Assembly: GCA_965238275.1 (NCBI GenBank)
Contig: OZ250186.1
Location: 128,001 to 192,000, forward strand
Length of the DNA: 64,000 bases
From: Nitrosopumilus sp.
Lineage (GTDB): Archaea > Thermoproteota > Nitrososphaeria > Nitrososphaerales > Nitrosopumilaceae
Direction: 5' to 3'
Shown: one piece after another, positions 36,895 through 46,761 of the stretch
Layout of the letters: the number at the start of each line of letters is the position of its first letter
Numbering within the stretch: the stretch's first letter is position 1
The notes under the pieces: generated by a model
The model's input: only the letters and a program-made list of their open reading frames with translations
What the model was told of the DNA's origin: nothing
Database searches by the model: none
Program-made: the position numbers and the translations under genes

Positions 36895-37870
36895 TAACCC
36901 CATCGAGTCCAACGCAAAAAAGGTCAACAGGTACCTGGGGGCCAAGATAGGCGGAAGGCCGGAGAGGCTATACGAGGCTGCAGCGCACCTGATTGTTCAC
37001 GGCGGAAAGAGGCTCAGGCCGTACATGGTAGTCCGGAGCTGCCAGCTGCTGGGCGGAACGGCAACAGAGGCCATGCCGGCAGCAGGCGCAGTGGAGATGA
37101 TCCACAACTTTACGCTGGTACACGATGACATAATGGACAACGACGACATGAGGCACGGCGTGCAGACGGTCCACAAGATGTTCGGGACGCCGGTTGCGAT
37201 ACTTGCAGGAGACGTGCTGTACTCAAAGGCATACCAGACCATTGCAGACTCGGGGATGCAGCCGCAGAGAGCTGCCATCCTGGTATCAAGGCTTGCAAAG
37301 GCATGCGTGGACGTGTGCGAGGGCCAGTTCCTGGACATGAAGATGTCCGAGGAGGAGAGGATTCCAACGCAGGCAGAGTACATTACGATGATTCGCAAAA
37401 AGACTGCGGCCCTCTTTGATGTCTCCTGCACCATGGGGGCAGTCTGTGCCGGGGGAAGTGATAAAGACATTGCAAACCTCTCCTCGTTTGGCAGAAACCT
37501 GGGAATCGCGTTCCAGATAACAGACGACCTGATAGGGGTGATGGGGGATCCGGACATTACAAAAAAGCCTGTCGGAAACGACCTGAGGGAGGGCAAGAAG
37601 TCGCTTCCAATCCTGATGGCAATAAATGCAGCAGCAGAGGGTAGTGCCGACAGGGACACAATTACAGGCGCCTTTGGAAACCCAAAGGTAACGCCTGACG
37701 AGCTGGCTGCTGCAGCACAGGCAATCCGTTCCCTGGGAATAGAGGAGAGCGTCAGGGGGATGGCCACAAAGTATGCCAGGAAGGCAAGGACATCGCTTGC
37801 AGGATACTCGGGACCCGTACAGGAGGAGCTTGCCGCACTTTTGGATTTTGTAGTCAAGAGAAGATCGTAG
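36881..37870 (+). CDS. Geranylgeranyl diphosphate synthase (polyprenyl synthetase)
   Basis: GGKRLRP, DDIMD, KTA and FQITDD motifs. Confidence 0.94.
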   Translation: MRRPSNPIESNAKKVNRYLGAKIGGRPERLYEAAAHLIVHGGKRLRPYMVVRSCQLLGGTATEAMPAAGAVEMIHNFTLVHDDIMDNDDMRHGVQTVHKMFGTPVAILAGDVLYSKAYQTIADSGMQPQRAAILVSRLAKACVDVCEGQFLDMKMSEEERIPTQAEYITMIRKKTAALFDVSCTMGAVCAGGSDKDIANLSSFGRNLGIAFQITDDLIGVMGDPDITKKPVGNDLREGKKSLPILMAINAAAEGSADRDTITGAFGNPKVTPDELAAAAQAIRSLGIEESVRGMATKYARKARTSLAGYSGPVQEELAALLDFVVKRRS

Positions 37871-37871
37871 A

Positions 37872-39593
37872 ATGGATCTGGACAGGGAGATAAGAAGGGC
37901 CGCCCTTCAGAACGCATCCGAGCACGGGGGACAGACGCGAAGTGGGGCAGTGATGGGGAGGGTTCTGGGGGCAAGGCCTGACCTGCGCGGCAGGGTGCCG
38001 GAGATCTCAGCCATGATAGAGGGGATCGTCTCCCAGGTCAACTCCATGAGCCCCCAGGAGCAGAACGACGAGATTGCAGAGAGTTTCCCGGAGATTCTCG
38101 CGCCAAAACACAGGGAGGAGAGGGAGGGCCTTCCGGAGCTGCAGGGCGCAGTGCACGGCCAGGTCGTCACAAGGTTCCCCCCCGAGCCCAACGGATACCC
38201 CCACATAGGCCACGCAAAGGCTGCAATCATCAACTCAGAGTATGCAAGGATGTACGGGGGGAAGTTCATTTTGCGAATGGACGACACAAACCCGGAGGCA
38301 GAGAGGATGGAGTACCATGCGGCAATCAAGGTGGGTCTGGAGTGGCTTGGCATCACGCCGGATGTCATAAAGAGCACCTCAGACGACATGGATGTCTTTT
38401 ATGAAAAGGGCGGGAAACTGATCGATGCGGACCTGGCGTACGTCTGCACCTGCAAGAGGGACGACATAACCAAGAACAGGAGGCAGAGGGTCGCCTGCAA
38501 GTGCAGCAGCACGAGAAAGCCAGAAAAGAACGCAGAGAACTGGGAGAAGATGCACGGCAGGTTCAGGCCCGGGGAGGCCGTGGTGAGGTTCCGTGGCGAC
38601 ATGAAGGCAGACAATGCAGTGATGAGGGATCCCGTGCTGTTCAGGGTCATACACGCAAAGCACTACACCCTCGGCAACAGGTATGCAGTGTGGCCAAGCT
38701 ACGACTTTGCAGTAGCCATAGAGGACAGCATAGACGGGGTGACCCACGCGTTTCGCTCCAAGGAGTTTGAACTGAGGGCGGAGCTGAACCGCAGCATTCT
38801 CGAATCCCTGAACATGCGGGTTCCGTACCAGGGATTCTTCTCCAGGCTGGAGTTTGAGGGGATGCCCACATCCAAGAGAATCATAAGGCCGTTAATCGAG
38901 GAGGGCAAAGTCTCGTGGTATGACGACCCGAGGCTCCCCACGCTTGAGGGCCTGAAGGGCAGGGGGATCAGGCCCGAGGCAGTCAGGAAATTTGTCATGT
39001 CGCTTGGCCTGACAAAGTCCAACACGCATGCGCCGTTTGACGCGCTTGAGGCGTTCAACAGAAAGGTGGTGGACCCGCAGAGCATCAGGCTGTTCATGGC
39101 GGGAAGGCCCAGGGCGCTTTCGGTAAGGGGGGTTGGGACCGACTCGGTCGAGATGCCAAACCATCCGACAGTAACAGACATGGGGAGCAGGAGCATACCA
39201 GTTGACGGGAACTTTTACATACCAGGGGATGATGCAGCATCCCTTGTCCCCGGCGCGACAGTCAGGCTCATCGGGCTTGGAAACGTCCTGATCACAGAGG
39301 GCGGCGGCGGCGGCGGTAGCCACTCCCTTGCAGGGGATCTTGTGGAGGAGGGTGGAGGCACGGATGTTCCAAAGATACAGTGGGTTCCGCAAAAGGATGC
39401 GCACATGCTGAAGATAATCATTCCGGGACTGCTATTCGACGGGGACGAGTTTAACAGTGACAGCCTTGAGGAGATGGACGCGTGCGTGGAGCCGCACTAT
39501 CTGAAGATAAAAGACGGCAGCGAGATCCAGTTTGTCAGGTTTGGATACTGCCAGAAAAACTCACAAAAGCAGGCAGTGTTTACCCACAAGTGA
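37872..39593 (+). CDS. gltX: Glutamate--tRNA ligase
   Basis: TRFPPEPNGYPHIGH, RMDDTNP and DDPRLPTL motifs. Confidence 0.96.
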   Translation: MDLDREIRRAALQNASEHGGQTRSGAVMGRVLGARPDLRGRVPEISAMIEGIVSQVNSMSPQEQNDEIAESFPEILAPKHREEREGLPELQGAVHGQVVTRFPPEPNGYPHIGHAKAAIINSEYARMYGGKFILRMDDTNPEAERMEYHAAIKVGLEWLGITPDVIKSTSDDMDVFYEKGGKLIDADLAYVCTCKRDDITKNRRQRVACKCSSTRKPEKNAENWEKMHGRFRPGEAVVRFRGDMKADNAVMRDPVLFRVIHAKHYTLGNRYAVWPSYDFAVAIEDSIDGVTHAFRSKEFELRAELNRSILESLNMRVPYQGFFSRLEFEGMPTSKRIIRPLIEEGKVSWYDDPRLPTLEGLKGRGIRPEAVRKFVMSLGLTKSNTHAPFDALEAFNRKVVDPQSIRLFMAGRPRALSVRGVGTDSVEMPNHPTVTDMGSRSIPVDGNFYIPGDDAASLVPGATVRLIGLGNVLITEGGGGGGSHSLAGDLVEEGGGTDVPKIQWVPQKDAHMLKIIIPGLLFDGDEFNSDSLEEMDACVEPHYLKIKDGSEIQFVRFGYCQKNSQKQAVFTHK

Positions 39594-39599
39594 TGAGCC

Positions 39600-40478
39600 A
39601 TGAAGATAGCAAGACTCTCAAATGACGACGGCCCGACGTACGGGATTGTCAGGGACGGAAAAGTCTCCACAAGGGACGAGATGACCTACCTTACCGGGAT
39701 ACCCGTCCCGCACAGCACAAAGGACTTTCTGTTTGACGGGTGGTACGAGGAGATCAGGGGAATGGCCGGCAGCCTGCCGTACGGCCAGGACCTGTCAGGG
39801 TACAGCCTGCTGCCGCCCATATCAAGCCCCAACAAGATAATCTGTTTGGCCTTCAACTATATCGATCATGCAAAAGAGCAGGGACTGGAGGCGCCAAGCG
39901 AACCTGCGCTCGTAATGAAGCCAAGAACCGCCCTGAACGGCACGAACTCAGACATCGTATGCCCGGACTTTGTCAAGCAGCTGGACTACGAGGTAGAGCT
40001 TGCAGTGATAGTCAAAAAGAGGTGCAAAAACGTTGCAGTCTCTGATGCCATGGACATGATATTCGGGTACATGGTATTCAACGACGTCTCGGCGCGCGAC
40101 ATCCAGTTTATGGACAAGCAGTTTACCAGGGGGAAGGGCTTTGACACGTTTGCGCCGTGCGGGCCGTGGATAACTACTGCCGACGAGGTCAAAGACGTGC
40201 ACAACCTGAAGATGACGACCAGGGTCAACGGGGAGACCAGGCAGGACTCGAACACCTCCAACATGGCAATAAGGATCCCCGAGATCATCTCAAAGATATC
40301 CAGGGTCATGACGCTGGAGGCAGGTGACATCATATCGACTGGAACGCCTGCAGGGGCAATGCTGGGAAAACCAGGCGGGGTGTTCCTGAGGGACGGCGAC
40401 GTGGTGGAGGCGGAGATAGAGTCGCTCGGAGTCCTCAGAAACACCATAAGGTTTGTAAAGTCAGATTCGGTGGCGTGA
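39600..40478 (+). CDS. Fumarylacetoacetate hydrolase family protein
   Basis: DYEVELAV, NDVSARD, GKGFDTF and STGTPAG motifs. Confidence 0.94.
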   Translation: MKIARLSNDDGPTYGIVRDGKVSTRDEMTYLTGIPVPHSTKDFLFDGWYEEIRGMAGSLPYGQDLSGYSLLPPISSPNKIICLAFNYIDHAKEQGLEAPSEPALVMKPRTALNGTNSDIVCPDFVKQLDYEVELAVIVKKRCKNVAVSDAMDMIFGYMVFNDVSARDIQFMDKQFTRGKGFDTFAPCGPWITTADEVKDVHNLKMTTRVNGETRQDSNTSNMAIRIPEIISKISRVMTLEAGDIISTGTPAGAMLGKPGGVFLRDGDVVEAEIESLGVLRNTIRFVKSDSVA

Positions 40479-40881
40479 TGCGGCAGTGCCAGGCAGCTGC
40501 CCGGAGTTGCCGGTGTTGCCCACCACGGAGCGTCTAGATTCACATGTCTGCCGGTCAGACATTGCCGCCGGAACGGGTTTTTGGTCGTCGGCATAGTGGT
40601 TCACTTCAATCAATTTAGGATGCCTAGAATTTCTTTGGGTTTTGCCACAAATTTCAGTCGTCTCCATTCATCATCACAAATCCTTGTGAAAGTTTAATGT
40701 CCTTGTCTGTAATGGCAATTTTTCCTTCCATGTCCATACTGTTCAATGCAATTTTTTCAAGTGAACTACCAACGACTAAAGCCGTTGGCTTCCTCGTTCA
40801 ACGAGTCTGCTTGACCATGACCATTTGCCATGATTAGAGGCAGTCTCTCCGGAGGCGTAACTTCCCTATGTACCATAGGTA

Positions 40882-42127
40882 TACCAACAACGAAAAATTC
40901 ATGCTAAAACTCCCCCAATACCCTGAACCAATAACTCCGTCTGGAAATTAAAACGTCCGTGTGCATGTCCTGGAACCAGACATGGATCTTGGGGTCTGTG
41001 GATTTGGGGTATCGTGCATGGCACACGCTGTCTGCGTGTGTGTTCATCGTGGTTTGATGCCGTCTTAGATAACCCGGTACAGGAAATTTTCAACAACCAG
41101 GTTCGGTTTTTTGTACCTCGTGTATCTGGTGATCGCCTTGCGAAGCATGCTCAGGTTGGTGTATGACACGTCAAGGACTGCCCGCTTGAGATCCCGCCAG
41201 TACGTCTCTATGGCGCTCAGATCCGGGGTTGCAGTCGGCAAGAAGATTATCTCCAGGCCGTCTGTTTTCTCAACCAGTTTGCGTATGTTTGATGCCCTGT
41301 GCTGGGAGGCCCTGTCCATGATCAGGCAGATCTTCCTGAACTTGTATAATGCCTGTTTTAGAAAGTCTTCAAACGTGTCCTTGGTAAACGCGTCGTACTG
41401 TCTGAACATCCTCCTGCCGTCCGTGGTAAGCAGGCCGTGGAGTATCGTCTTGGAGTGTGAGCCGGTGTACGTGAAAAACGCCCGTATTCCCTTCCTGGTG
41501 TAGCCGCGTTTTCGTGGTCTGGCATCGGAGATTACTATGGACTCGTCCTGTATCGCTACGACTGTTCCCTCGTCGTTCTTTTTTTTATAAGATCCGGCAT
41601 CGTCTTTTGGAATTCCCTGATCTCGTCGTCAGGGGCCCTGCGCGCGTGCTTTCCTACAGGAACCTTCTGGGAATAGCCCCAGCTCCGCAGTATGTAGCGT
41701 ACGTGCATGATGTTGTATTTTATTCCGGTCTTCTGTTGGATGTATTCCTGCATCTCCCTGCCCGTCCATACCGTCTTCCTGCATGCGTTCTTCCTGATCC
41801 TCTTCAAGTCTGCCTTGCTCACTGTAGTGGGCCTGCCGGAGCGTGGCATGTCAGCCAGCCTGTCAAATCCAACTTCCAGGTAGCGCTCGTGCCACTTGTA
41901 GCCCCACGAGGCCGACTTTCCCAGGGATTTTGCAGAGTCCCTTATGGTTATTCCGTCACGTTTGATCCTGATGATGAGCATCATGCGGTCCTTGACGTTG
42001 CAGTCATTCTCAGCGGCGTATCTTTTCAGCATCGTCTTGATCTTCATTGACTATACAATTTGGGATGAGTATAACTCCGCACGTGGGAAAAATATTTTAC
42101 AATCACATGAAATTCTATTTGCCGGTA
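40882..42127 (-). mobile_element. IS630-family element, copy 1
   Basis: TA duplication (40880-81 / 42128-29); ends TACCAACAACGAAAAATTCATG / TACCGGCAAATAGAATTTCATG. Confidence 0.9.
41065..42047 (-). CDS. IS630 transposase, two frames joined by -1 slippage at an A8 run
   Basis: HTH and RSGRP in frame 1; QDES, IMDRASQH and PTATPDLSAIE in frame 2; T8 at 41579-86. Confidence 0.88.
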
Positions 42128-42160
42128 TAGTAGCAGTGTTGCAATCCCTTTCTGCCTGAT

Positions 42161-43836
42161 AGATCCTATGCAGAATGCGCCTGACGCGGCAAACCATAAA
42201 ATCACGTCCGAACTGCGCTGGGCATGGCCGTATCTGAAAATCCCACCTGCCACATATTTTACAAATTCGTCTTGTTCGTCCATGTGAAAAATCTAGTTTC
42301 CAAGAATGAAAAGCAAGACATGTCCGGCGGATGTGCGGCATCTGTCCACCAGAGCGGCAGATTGTTTCATGGTGAATTGGAGGGGGAGATTCATGCGAAT
42401 CCGAATGCTATGCGCGGCATTTTTGCACTGCTGCATCTTTTACTCCGTCCAGGCGACTCGTGCCGCCCTGCCTCAGAGGCGCGCCCTTTCTTCTGCCAGC
42501 CTCTTGAGAAGGTCCGCGTCCCTGAGTTTTATTTCGTCCCACATCAGATCCTGGTTTACCATTCCTGCAATCGCGTTGAGCTCGTCGTTGTACTCCTCTT
42601 CGGTGCCGTCGTACGGGTCAGTCAGCCTCTTGTACTGCTTCAGGTTCCCTATGACGTGCTCTATGGCCACCCGGGAGCTGTTTACCCTCTGGTTGTAGGC
42701 GCGCTGCTTCTTTGTCAGGCCACCTGTCTTTTTGTCGGCACCAGGCTTTTTCTTGTACGGGTGCCTGATGTGCCATTCTGGATATTCCTCCCTTGTCCCC
42801 TGGTAGCCCTTGTCGGTCAGGACGTCTGGCTTTTCCTTTTCGGGCACGTCCTTCTGGCCCATCCTTGCAGTGATGATTCCAAGGTTTGGCGGATCCTCGT
42901 TGAGCAGGGTCTTGTCGTGGACGCTGCCCGGAACTGTCTTGCTTATCGCAACTATCACGCGGCGCTTGTTGATCACGATGTTGGTGTTGTACGTGTGTGC
43001 CTTCTTCTTGCCAGAGTACGTCTTTTTGCGCCTCTCCTTGTCCGCGGATCTTCTGACCCGGTTGTGCGTGCCGTCCACCATCAGTTCTCCTCCCCTCCTG
43101 CCCGGTATTATCTTCTTGCTCTCCTCAAGCGTCCTGGCCTTTTGTGCAGCCTCGCTGATTTTGCGCGGCGCCGTGTCTATCTCGCCGAGCAGCCTGGTCA
43201 TCAACGGGAGATACCTGGAGACGGTGGCCTGGTCAACGCCAAGCATCGTGGCCAGGGCTTCCTGCGGTATGCTCAGCCTTGACCGAAACAGCCACAGCAG
43301 GTACGCGTGCCTCAGGGGCAGGATGCGCCTGCTTCCGGAGTTTTTTGATCTGCTCCCAACTTCCCAAAAGAGCGCAGTCTCCCCGTTCCGCTCCAAAAGC
43401 TCCTTGAGGCGGTTCAGCGTGTGGTCAAACCTTTCCGGGGTGCGCAGCGTCATGGCGTGCAGGAATTCAGGATATTTTATGATGTCGTCAAGAAACCTAG
43501 ACGTGATGGTCCAGTGGTCAGTCAGGCGTTCCTTGAGGGCCTCGCCCTTCTGCCGGTCTGTCCTGCGTGCCTCCCTGAGGGCCCTGATCCTCTGCCTGTG
43601 GAGTTCTCCTGATTCCCTGAGCGACTCGTTTTCCTGCCGTATTCTCTGCACGATCGGTTCTGCCAGCATTGCCATCACGGTGTGGCGTAAAGACCACCGA
43701 TCTTAATGTTTCGGTTGCCGTTCCTGGATTTCCATGTTTTACGGTTCTGTGAATATTCGACTGCATGTGGTGCTGCATGTAGGAATAACCCAGTTTAATT
43801 CAGTTTTTTAGGTCAGGCACATTCTGCATGAGATCT
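42161..43836 (-). mobile_element. IS5-like (DDE_Tnp_4) insertion sequence
   Basis: 25-bp TIR AGATCCTATGCAGAATGCGCCTGAC vs AGATCTCATGCAGAATGTGCCTGAC; 3-bp TSD GAT (42158-60 / 43837-39). Confidence 0.9.
42473..43678 (-). CDS. DDE_Tnp_4 transposase, paralogue of 19013..20383
   Basis: GVDQATVSR, VDGT, YSGKKK, DKGYQG and RVAIEHVIG motifs. Confidence 0.92.
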   Translation of the reverse strand: MMAMLAEPIVQRIRQENESLRESGELHRQRIRALREARRTDRQKGEALKERLTDHWTITSRFLDDIIKYPEFLHAMTLRTPERFDHTLNRLKELLERNGETALFWEVGSRSKNSGSRRILPLRHAYLLWLFRSRLSIPQEALATMLGVDQATVSRYLPLMTRLLGEIDTAPRKISEAAQKARTLEESKKIIPGRRGGELMVDGTHNRVRRSADKERRKKTYSGKKKAHTYNTNIVINKRRVIVAISKTVPGSVHDKTLLNEDPPNLGIITARMGQKDVPEKEKPDVLTDKGYQGTREEYPEWHIRHPYKKKPGADKKTGGLTKKQRAYNQRVNSSRVAIEHVIGNLKQYKRLTDPYDGTEEEYNDELNAIAGMVNQDLMWDEIKLRDADLLKRLAEERARL

Positions 43837-44895
43837 GATGTTTATGGCAGCATTGTGGTCCCTGCCCAAGACTAGACCGCAGGAATCGCAAACGTGCGTT
43901 CTTTGTGTCAGGGTTTTTTTGATTATCTTGCCGCAGCCTGAACATCCCTGGCTTGTCTGGTGCGGTGGTACCTTGCGAAACAGAATACCAGCGTTTGCAG
44001 CTTTGTATTCCAGTTTTTGAAAAAACGAGTACCATGATGCGTTTGAGATTGATTTTGCAAGTTTGTGGTTTTTCAGCATGTTTTGTATGCTGAGATCCTC
44101 GACGAATATGGTGTCGTATTTGTCAACGTACGCCCTTGATGCCTTGTGCTCAAGGTCACGCCGCTGGTTTGCTATCTTCTTGTGGATGGCAGCAAGCCTG
44201 TTTTTCTGCTTGTGCCTGTTGGAAGAGCCTTTGGTCTTTCCTGACAGGCGTCGTTGCGCCCTTTTGAGTTTCTTTTCTGACTTTTTCAGGAACTGTGGAT
44301 TGTCAATCTTGTGGCCGTCAGAATCACATGCAAAGTTGGTCAGGCCAACGTCAATGCCGACTATTTTCTTTCTTTCCAGTGAGCACCTGTCAGTCAGCAG
44401 CACGTCCTCACAGACTGCAGTCGCAGACCATTTGCCTGTAAGATCCTTTTTCACTACGACACCCTTTGTCTTTCCGGCTGTTTTGCGGTGGATCACGCAC
44501 TTGATCTTGCCGATTTTTGAGAGTTTCAGGGTGTCGTCTGGCAGAAAACAGAACCCGGACTGGTTGTAGTTTATGCTCCTGTGCCTTGATCCTGGCTTGA
44601 ATCGTAACCTGCCAATTTTTTTGCCCTTCTTTGATGCCGAAGACAGGACCTTGATGTTGTTATAGAACTGCCACAGAACCATCTGAGCCGCCTTGCTGTA
44701 CAATGGCGTATTTTTAGGAACCATGGCAGGAATCATCCTTTGCATCTCGTCAAATTTCATCTTGTGCCCTTCCTTGTATGCCAAACGTGATTCGTATACA
44801 AAGTCATTGTACAGCCTGCGGCACGCCTCCAAGGACTCGTCCATACGTGCCTGTTGTGTTTTTGTCGGATACGGGCGAAACTTGAAACTCTTCAT
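43813..44895 (-). CDS. tnpB: TnpB RNA-guided endonuclease with its C-terminal tail displaced by IS insertion
   Basis: FKFRPYP HTH, RuvC GIDVG / VEDL / RDHNAAINI, and TSQGCSGCG...CDSCG zinc finger. Confidence 0.93.
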   Translation of the reverse strand: MKSFKFRPYPTKTQQARMDESLEACRRLYNDFVYESRLAYKEGHKMKFDEMQRMIPAMVPKNTPLYSKAAQMVLWQFYNNIKVLSSASKKGKKIGRLRFKPGSRHRSINYNQSGFCFLPDDTLKLSKIGKIKCVIHRKTAGKTKGVVVKKDLTGKWSATAVCEDVLLTDRCSLERKKIVGIDVGLTNFACDSDGHKIDNPQFLKKSEKKLKRAQRRLSGKTKGSSNRHKQKNRLAAIHKKIANQRRDLEHKASRAYVDKYDTIFVEDLSIQNMLKNHKLAKSISNASWYSFFQKLEYKAANAGILFRKVPPHQTSQGCSGCGKIIKKTLTQRTHVCDSCGLVLGRDHNAAINIRSHAECA

Positions 44896-45239
44896 TTCTG
44901 CCCCTCCACGTTGTTATTGGTGGCATGGTTGTGAGTCGAGACAAAACCACACATGTTTGTTATACGTGTGCGTTGAATATAACCCGCATGGCAGTTGCAT
45001 TGTTCGCTTTCATCCAACCCATGAATGGTGTGGGATTTCCCGCTCATGTGTTAAATTATTTCATAACAGATTTTCTAAACTCATCCGGATCTGCCGGTGT
45101 ATTTCAAGGCGTCGTGTTTGTTCATCATTTTCGCCTCCGCTCGATGCATATTCCAACCCCAAATGATGGCGGTTATCTGCCCAAGCAATATTCGGTTTAT
45201 ATATCATAAGGCGTAAGTTATTTTATGGATTTGGTTGGA

Positions 45240-45624
45240 ATGTACATGTTAAACACTCCAGAATACAGTGAAGAAAAAATTGAGGAGGCGCTTGAGATGC
45301 TATTCGGTTTATACGCGGATACAGCTGTACGCGGATAGAAAAAACGAGTTCCGTGAGCTGTCCGAGGCACTCTTGGAGGAAAAGAAACTAAGTAAAATGT
45401 CAAACTGGAGGCAATTTGTTTTGAATTTTTGTTTGGACGTGAGTGATGCTTTTAAGACATGGACCAGCCAAAGGTCACCGTCTCCAGCATCCCCGCAAAA
45501 GGCTCTGACTATTTTAAGACAAATTGGGAATGATTTGATATCGATGAATCAGCTTACCAAAATACTAAACACCGCATATGATATCTCCGAAGAGTTCAAG
45601 GCGATCTACAATCGTATAAAATAA
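45240..45624 (+). pseudogene. Hypothetical protein gene frameshifted by a 16-nt insertion
   Basis: TACGCGGATA-CAGCTG-TACGCGGATA at 45312-45337; deleting one period fuses MYMLNTPEY...LY with ADRKNEFREL... Confidence 0.7.
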
Positions 45625-46018
45625 TTTTTAAGGCAGACATCGGGGCCTGGTTTCCAAATTAGTCCATTTGTGCCATACCTTTACTCAAAACGCCCATTTC
45701 CTGTAACGTAGTGATTATTAGCTGATAGGAAATAGTATTTTTGGGTATTTAGGATGTGGGCAAAAATTAGTCAGAAATTGGGATTATGTCTCATTTTTTG
45801 TTACTGCGTCATCGTCATCATTTTGCATTTTGTCTGTGCCAATGCTGCCAAGATTTGGGTTGAGAACAGGATTCAATCTAAGTGGCTTGGACGCTTGAAA
45901 TGTCCACAGGAATGCCAGGCAATGATAGAATCCATACGCGGCAGCAGACAGTGTCTTGCCAGTTTTTCCGTCCGGGTTCATAGCTACAAAAAAATACGGG
46001 GAGTCTGCAGAAGCCATA

Positions 46019-46327
46019 ATGGACAGAATCAAAGTTGGAAAGGCATCAGACATTCCTCCGGGAAGCATGGTAAAGGCATCAGTTAACGGCCTGGACATCA
46101 TGATTGCAAACATCGACGGGGAGTACTGCGCCGTAGACGATACGTGCACGCATGCAGGGGCAAGCCTCTCAGAGGGCGCGCTGGACGGATGTACCGTTAC
46201 ATGCGGCTGGCACGGGGCCCAGTTTGAGTGCAAGACGGGGAAGATGAGCAAGTTTCCAGTCAAGATAAGGGATCTTACGTCATATGCAGTCAAGGTGGAG
46301 TCAGGTGACGTATTTGTGGAGATGTAA
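46019..46327 (+). CDS. Rieske-type [2Fe-2S] ferredoxin
   Basis: CTH...CGWH motifs. Confidence 0.94.
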   Translation: MDRIKVGKASDIPPGSMVKASVNGLDIMIANIDGEYCAVDDTCTHAGASLSEGALDGCTVTCGWHGAQFECKTGKMSKFPVKIRDLTSYAVKVESGDVFVEM

Positions 46328-46362
46328 CTATATACTCAGGGACATCAGGATAGTTGGTAGCA

Positions 46363-46632
46363 ATGGCAAGCAGTGAACATAACAAGGAGTCAATGAGGGA
46401 CGCAATCGAGACGCTAAACCAGATCGCCTCAAACAACTCCACTCCAAAGACGATAAAAAAGTCAGTCGCAGACCTGGTCACGGAGCTAAAGAGCGACGAG
46501 TACTCGCTGTCTGTAAGGGCCGCAAACACCATAAGCCTGCTGGACGATGTCACGCAGGATCCCAACATGCCATCATACGTCAGGACACAGCTGTGGCAGG
46601 CAGTATCAAAGCTCGAAAGCATCAGGGAATAG
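46363..46632 (+). CDS. UPF0147 family protein
   Basis: TPKTI, RAANTISLLD, DPNMP and RTQLW motifs. Confidence 0.9.
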   Translation: MASSEHNKESMRDAIETLNQIASNNSTPKTIKKSVADLVTELKSDEYSLSVRAANTISLLDDVTQDPNMPSYVRTQLWQAVSKLESIRE

Positions 46633-46761
46633 AACCTCATACCCAGAATTTCGTTTTGGCACCACACATGAGACAGGACGTCCTTGCACGCCGCACCCCA
46701 TGGAATCCTAGGCAGAACCTCACAAGGGAATAAATTTCAGGATGCAACAACACCACCACCG

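Larger units (their letters stand above)
40761..45050 (-). mobile_element. tnpB-only IS200/IS605 (IS1341-type) element interrupted by two ISs
   Basis: Right end GAAGCCAACGGCTTTAGTCGTTGGTAGTTCAC (ends at 40761); left-end hairpin at ~45005-45045; TTTAA immediately outside at 45051-55. Left boundary inferred. Confidence 0.82.
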
